Below the pieces are notes generated by a model. It saw only the letters and a list, made by a program, of their open reading frames with translations. It made no database searches and was not told the origin of the DNA. Shown here piece after piece: positions 13,808 to 20,000 of a DNA stretch of 20,000 bases; position 1 is the first letter of the stretch, and each line of letters opens with the position of its first letter. The DNA is taken from NCBI GenBank assembly GCA_018398765.1, contig JAHBMJ010000288.1, positions 111,006 through 131,005 on the forward strand, read 5' to 3'. The position numbers and the translations under genes were made by a program. The DNA comes from Chromera velia (taxonomy: Eukaryota).

Positions 13808-14075
13808 TGCCGTGGCCCCCAAATTTAAAGTTCATGAACTATTGACAGTTCAATTTCGTTGGCCGGCTCCGCCGGCGGCCACGTACGCGGTATCTGACGG
13901 GTTGACGTCCGTTGGCCGGCTCCGCCGGCGGCCACGCGCGCGCGTGCGGTTTATACCGGCGGCCGGGGGCCACGGCAGCGGCCGGCTGGGGACGCAACCT
14001 CGCAAACTTTTGGTGGGTACTTGAGCATTGGGGGGTACTACCACTTTAACATACCGTCGGCCGGGGGTCACGGCA
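13808..14075. mobile_element. Candidate MITE-like GC-rich element with 13-bp terminal inverted repeats and internal duplicated hairpins
   Basis: TGCCGTGGCCCCC (13808-13820) is the exact reverse complement of GGGGGCCACGGCA (13965-13977) and matches GGGGGTCACGGCA (14063-14075) at 12/13. A 27-bp direct repeat lies at 13857-13883 and 13910-13936. Confidence 0.45.
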
Positions 14076-14139
14076 CACAATATCGATGTGACAAGAGAGT
14101 GGGATCGTGGGGGAACCCGGACAGAATCGATTTGACGTT

Positions 14140-17100
14140 TCACCAGCCCACCATCTCTTTGCGCTGTTCTCCTGGGATGTCCTCCAGGTCCAGCTGGAGG
14201 GCCCTGCCGACTCGACGGGCCCAGAGGTAAAGGCGGACGTTGGGCATGCCGGGGCCTATGCTGGACCCTCTCTGAAGCATCACAGCTTCCAGAGCCCTGT
14301 ACTCGGCCCTGTACTTCTCTCTGTAGAAGTACAACTCCAGAGACCTGGCCTCGTCGTATACGTGCATTCTCGCTCTTCTGTCTAAGACTTCCATCTGGGA
14401 GGGCATCATCGCTAGGGCCACGGGACGTTGCAGCTTGACGAGAAAGCGAGAGTCCCCGTGAATGTTCGAGGGCACGCGAGCCTTTGCGCCTGTCGGCTCA
14501 ATGCGCCCAGTGGTGAAATTTAAATGGACCTGGTCTGCCTGAAAGTAATCAGGGACCTCAGGGACGACAGGGAGACTCAGCGTCCCCCGCTCCCCCGAGA
14601 CTGCCCTCTCACTCTCCTCATTCCCCTTCCCGACCCCCTCAGTTCCCTCTGCCCCTGCAGGCTGCTCTGCTGTCCTTCCCTCCTTTCCTTCTTGATCCCC
14701 TGCCTCCCCCTTCTTCTGGCACTCCTGCTTGTGTCTCGCCTTCCAGTCAGACTTCTGACACTCCCTGGAGCAGTACGCAACGGCCCTGGATGTAGGTATG
14801 GCAAGGGAAGAAGGCAGGGAGGCAAACAAAGAGGCACAGGTCAATCGAAGGGACGGGGAGGCGGTGCAAGGGAGCGGCTGTGTGCGTGCGTGAGAGTGCA
14901 AGAGGAAGAGAAATGTTAGGAAGGAAAAAAAAAGACTCTGTGTGAGTCAATGCAAGAAGAGGACAAAAGAAAAGAGGCCGCGAAAGGTGCATCAAAGATC
15001 TGAGAGAAGAGGCAAATAGGAAAAAACGACTCAAGCGATCGATTAGAAGAGAATGAACAGACAGCTGCCTGGAGAAGGAAGAAAGGACATCCGCCCTTCT
15101 GTTTTTGGCAGTCAGTCAGTCAACTTCTCTTCTCTTCTCTTCTATGCCCGAAAGAAGCCCTTCCGATTGTGGGGCGACTCATTTGATGAATCACTCACTC
15201 ACTTACTCACTCACTCACTCACTCACTTTCTCACTCACTCACTCACTCACTCTCTCACTCACTCTCTCACTTTCTCACTCACTCACTCACTCACTCACTC
15301 ACTCACTCGCTCACTCACTCACTCACTCACTCACTCACTCACTCACCACCGCCCTCACCACCGCCTGAGGTCCCTCTCCACCGCCCTCCACCGTCCTTCG
15401 GGGGCCTCCACTGGAGTCAGCACAGAGAACTTTACCTGCATGGGCAGGGAGGGAGGGAAGGAGCGACGTGGACACACGTACATTGATTGAGAGACGTGGA
15501 TTTATATTTATACCAACACACACACGCACATACACACGCATGAACACGAATTCACACACAGAGAGATGGGAGAAAAGCGAAAAGGGAGAGAGAGAGAGAG
15601 AGAGAGAGAGACTCATCGGTCAAAAAGAATAGCAAGGGACAAAGCAAAGAGGAGAGCAAGAGACCAAAAAAAGAGAGAAAGAGACATGTAGTCATGGAGG
15701 AGGTCAGTGCACATAACCAGAGGTAGAGGATTATCGCTGCGGTTTCACCAAGCAATATTTAAAGGAAACACGCAATGGGTGCACCTCCTGCATGCGAGCA
15801 AATTTGGTGAACTTCCACGCAGAGCATTTGCTCAAAGCTAGAAGCAGGAATTAAGCACGATTGACGCACGCAGGAGCAGCACATGAACAGACTAGTCCTC
15901 TGCATCCCTCCCTACTCTTTCTGACTGACTGACAGACCCTGGGGTGTCCCTGAGGAGGCACACACAATTCATTCATCCACTCTTTCTGCGTCTCCTCCTC
16001 CTGCACGATCCCTTCGTTTCCTTCCTCCAGAAAACGAATGAACCTCTCCAGCTCAGGCCCCGTCCACTTGATCTTTGCCGCCGGGACTTTGCACTCTACG
16101 TCCAATCCGACGAAGGGGTAATGTCCCTCTGGAGTCCTTTTCTTCTGTTGCTGCTTCAACAACGGTCGATGACTTAGACACAGGATCTGCATCAATCGAA
16201 GCATCTGATGAGGGTCGTTTCCCTCCAGATCTGACTGTGCAGTGACCACATAGGCACACACAATCAAGAGAGTGGGGTCCCGGACGGGCACCAGGTTTTC
16301 TCTCTTCACGGAGATGGTCTCGAAAACCTTGCAGTTGGGAGAGAACAGATGAGAGTGGATGAACGCGCGAGTGACTCCCCGAGGGGCGAGTCTCCTGAAC
16401 ATAAACGCCACTCTCTCACTGCTCGAATCGCTCTCTTTCCCTTCTTCACTTTCCTTTCCCTTCCCCTTCTCTGCTTCCACAAACCCGCACACACCGTTGA
16501 GCTCGGGCCGAGATCTGAGACCACTCAGCACAAACCACCCCCCCTTCTCTTTCACGTCCTCTGTTCGCACAATCGCCAGCCGATGCTTCGGAACATCAAC
16601 TGACTGCGTCACCCCCTCCCCTCCCTCCAGTTCGACCTTCAACCCAGAGAAGGGAGACGAAGACGAAAGGACAAAACGCACCACCCCCACCTTCCCTACC
16701 GCTTTGTCCATTTTCGCATTCTCTCGCTTGCGTACGTCAATGTCACGCAGCACAACCACTTTCATTCCCTCTGGAAGCTCACACCCCGCTTTGTATTTCT
16801 TCGCAGGCTTTGTGCCTCCCCTCTGCCCCTCTCTATCTCCCTGAGTGGTCCACTCCCGTACCTCTTTATGAAAACGCTGTGGGTTGTCATGAGGAAGAAA
16901 GGACATCCGGATATCGAGGGGTCTCATAATTACCCCCTTCTGTCCGTCTGCGGACTCGTACAGGTGGAGATACGTCTCTGCTGCCAAGTGACGCACGCAG
17001 CAGAGGATGTCCAGTCTGAAGTCCAGGTACACCTCTTCCCCGCAAGGGAGAGGCTGCCTGGCGTATTTGACCCACTCTTCCACCGAGAGCATGCGGTTGA

Positions 17101-17467
17101 AGTGGGCCTCCAGAGGGCTGCTCGCGGGCATGGGTTTCATGTGCCCTGCCTGCTGTGCCCTGGTTCTTTCCCAGAACCTCCCGTCCAGTTCGGAGTCTGG
17201 ACGCTTGTTGTCCATGATCCCCGTGTAGAACCAGCGAGGGAGACGGCAGACCTGGAGCCCGTCTACGTCGACAAGTCTCTTCACCTCCAACTCTCCCCAC
17301 AGTCTCTCCTGCTCTCTTAAGAGAACTTCATGGAGAGTGCCCATGTCTTCTGGCACAGGGCAATTGTTCTGCTTTAACCACGCGATCATTTGATCTTTGG
17401 ACCAGGTGGAAGTCCGAGGGTCGGCACAAAAATCTGTGGATTCAGGCTCTGTCAGATTGGGGTTCAT
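14140..17467 (-). CDS. MYND-type zinc-finger family protein (~750 aa, 3 exons) with a truncated MYND finger
   Basis: Model exons 17467-15938 (AAA-ATG start; an in-frame ATG also lies further upstream), 15435-15359 and 14785-14140, phase-consistent. Exon 3 has AVAYCSRECQKSDWKARHKQEC (C-terminal half of MYND) and PSNIHGDSRFLVKLQ..VYDEARSL..LYLWARRVG..W*. The middle-exon boundaries are less certain. Confidence 0.7.
15191..15346 (+). repeat. (TCAC)n microsatellite in MYND gene intron 2
   Basis: About 39 slightly imperfect TCAC units; reads (GTGA)n on the coding strand. Confidence 0.95.
15586..15611 (+). repeat. (GA)n microsatellite in MYND gene intron 1
   Basis: About 13 GA units. Confidence 0.9.
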
Positions 17468-18609
17468 TTTTGGGCGGGTGCTCTGCGTTGGCTCGTACTC
17501 GCCAAACTCGCGCATGCATATTCTTTTCGCGTTCCATCGATTCAAAAACGTTTCTGAGATCAGATTCGAATTCAGGGGGTAGAAAGGAGTCGAAATCATC
17601 CTCCGTCATTGCGAGACCGGCAGGTGGATTACACGAATGGATGGAGACGGGACAACGAAGATCCTTGGCTACACACAAGGCGAGGCTGCTTTTTGTGGGG
17701 CATCTGTGTGGGACTGGACCTCCTTCTGACCTTTGAAGCCTTTTGAAATCTTGCTACAGGGACCACGTACACATGCAGTCAAAGAGGGTCGAAAGACTAA
17801 TGAACTGACAGCATCATACAGCCATATACAGCCTCTGACGAGTCCTATACATAGTCCGACCATGCACTGACCGCTCATTTTTTTGCGGCTGAGTGCTGTG
17901 GCCCGGCCCCGCCCTGGGATGCATGACGGGGGGGCCCGGCAGGGGGTCCAGCGCTGAGCAGCCAGATTTCGGGCGACCTAATTAAGTCAATTAACACAAT
18001 TAACAGTAGTTTACGGTACAGTTAGCCTGATTTTAGTTGGCCTTTCGGTATATTAAGTTAGCGGTTGAAGCTAACAAATATGAACAAAAATAGCTAGCAA
18101 AGATATTCAGTAGTAAAATGTAGCACAAGATTACACAGGATAGCACAGGCTGCTCCTAAGTAGTCTGTCTATCAACCATTATCAATAATTAACAACCACT
18201 GAATTATGCATTGAATAACAAAAACCTCAATCAATAACATACGTATTTTTACCCTATTTTACCCTATTTTTAGCATTTTATTTATCACCATTGCAGTGTT
18301 TTATGTGGATCTATACAAAGCTGAAAACTAAACAACTAGAAACATCGGTGCATTGCCGTGCACTCCAGTTTAGATTTCATACTCTTAAACCTAGACCATA
18401 ATCAGAATCAACTAATTTAAGCTAGAATTTACCCGTATAAAAGAAAGAAAAGAAGAAAAGAAATAAGCTTTAATAAGCTTTATGAAGAATAACCAGAAAG
18501 AAAGAAAGAAAAACAAAGATGAATCTAGACATGAATAGAGCGAGCGAGAGAGAGACACACAGACAGACTATATGTTTCTTCTTCTCCCTTCTTTTCTTCA
18601 TGAACACAA

Positions 18610-18670
18610 CAGACAGACAGACAGACAGACAGACAGAGAGAGAGAGAGAGAGGGAGAGAGAGAGAGAGGG

Positions 18671-18726
<56 letters not shown>

Positions 18727-18829
18727 GGAGACAGAGAAAGAGACAGAGAGAGAAAGCGACAGCGAGAAAGAGAGAGACAGCGAGAAAGAGAGAGAGACAG
18801 AGAGAGCATAAACCAAAGACAGAAAGAAA

Positions 18830-18861
<32 letters not shown>

Positions 18862-18930
18862 GAAGGAAGGAAGGAAGGAAGGAAGAAAGAAAGAAAGCAA
18901 GGAAGAGAGGAAAAAACAAAGAAAAGGAAG
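18610..18930 (+). repeat. Compound polypurine microsatellite (CAGA)n-(GA)n-(GAAA)n-(GGAA)n
   Basis: About 320 bp strongly purine-rich tract downstream of the second MYND gene. Confidence 0.95.
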
Positions 18931-19237
18931 GCAAAAACTGACGAAACGACCATGAAAGAAAGTAACAAATGCAAATGAAAACAGCCCTGCAATGACATTC
19001 ATTCGAAACGACTTCAATCAATGCCGTCTAGCAACACTTCACTGAATTGCTGCAGCATTATGATCTGGTCATCTCTTTGGTGCACATTCATGCTTCATTT
19101 CGGGTGTCTGCGCATCACTCAACGTCACGGTTCCTTCCTGTACGGACACGATTAGGTGCTTCTGATGGACACTATGCCGTCAGGAAAGTAACACAAAACC
19201 ATGGATTTCCAGTATGCATACATACAAATTGGGCCCG

Positions 19238-19955
19238 TCACTGCAGCAGAAACGAGAGTCCAACAACAGGAAGAAGACCGAGGAGGAGCACTGCAAGTGT
19301 CACAAGGAGAAACAGGACACGAGGAGACAGGGATGCGAGCACGGAGGGTCTCTTTGCGTTCTCGAGCGCCTTGCTAGTGGTGCGTCTGTTTTTCAGAGAT
19401 GCCAGTGGGGGCCTTCCTCTCTCCTGCTTCTTCACCTCCACAGCGCTAGAAGGCTTTGTATCCTCCGGCTTGAAGTTCTCCCTGGCACACGTGTGTCTGT
19501 GCCCCTCCTTCCAGTCCTTCCGCTGGCATTCAGGGGAACAGTACAGGGCCTGCATACACAACTTGCACCTCTGCAAGTCATTCAGATACCTCTTCACCCC
19601 GCACCACGCGCAGGCATCCCGCTCCCTCTGAAGGCGACGCGCGGACCGAAAGCGTGCGTCAGTCCCCACATATAAATGATCAGGGGGCTCGTCCCCAAGG
19701 CCCGGGGGAAAGCGCTCTTTTCCTGCTGCGCCCTGTGTCTTCTGGTGCATCATTAGAAGGAGGAGACGGTGATGGTCCCTCTTCTGAGCAACCTCTCGAG
19801 CGTCCTTGCCCTGAAAGTAAGCAAGCGCCTGCACAACTTCCTCAACAGTGGGATCTGGTTTGGGAGGGAACGGACGGTCAGCCGGGCCCATCCCGGCACC
19901 ACGCGCGCCCATCAACGCCATGAAGGGATTCACCGGGAATGAAGGAGGGTCAGCT
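19238..19955 (-). CDS. MYND zinc-finger protein with C-terminal transmembrane segment (probable last exon, 5' part outside the window)
   Basis: Complete MYND: CAWCGVKRYLNDLQRCKLCMQALYCSPECQRKDWKEGHRHTC. C-terminus VLFLLVTLAVLLLGLLPVVGLSFLLQ* (TGA 19240-19238). A TTTGCAG acceptor ending at 19956 suggests upstream exons; alternatively it starts at the ATG at 19921. Confidence 0.8.
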
Positions 19956-20000
19956 CTGCAAAGCACAACAGGTCCTCTGATGACCTTCCAGTCAATTGTG

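Noticed and set aside
15053..15490. ORFs with HSLT repeats
   Set aside because: Translation artefacts of the (TCAC)n microsatellite.
18245..18272. TTTTACCCTA repeat as telomere-like sequence
   Set aside because: Only about 2.5 units and it does not match CCCTAAA/CCCTAA arrays.
18470..19021. Several ORFs rich in ER, SL or F
   Set aside because: Translations of the compound purine microsatellite.

Overview
Intron-rich eukaryotic DNA; the splice signals, abundant TGCATGCA motifs, microsatellites and gene content suggest a chromerid or apicomplexan-related alveolate such as Chromera (inference). I hand-assembled four protein-coding genes. (1) A 6-exon secreted multidomain protein on the minus strand (8783->4993, ~822 aa: signal peptide, QPD-type C-type lectin, S/T/D-rich linker with RRL, two Cys-x-Cys beta modules, EGF). 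(2) Head-to-head with it, an 8-exon cAMP-dependent protein kinase catalytic subunit (+, 9349-11951, 329 aa). (3) A 3-exon MYND-family gene (-, 17467->14140, ~750 aa) whose zinc finger lacks its N-terminal CxxC pairs. (4) The last exon of a second MYND protein with a C-terminal transmembrane anchor (-, 19955->19238). There is also a decayed LRR-like pseudogene (~930-2552). Non-coding points of interest are AT-rich intergenic islands strongly enriched in CTAG/TpA (a RIP-like mutational signature) and a ~270 bp GC-rich element with terminal inverted repeats and duplicated hairpins (candidate MITE). All gene models are manual and unvalidated by transcripts.
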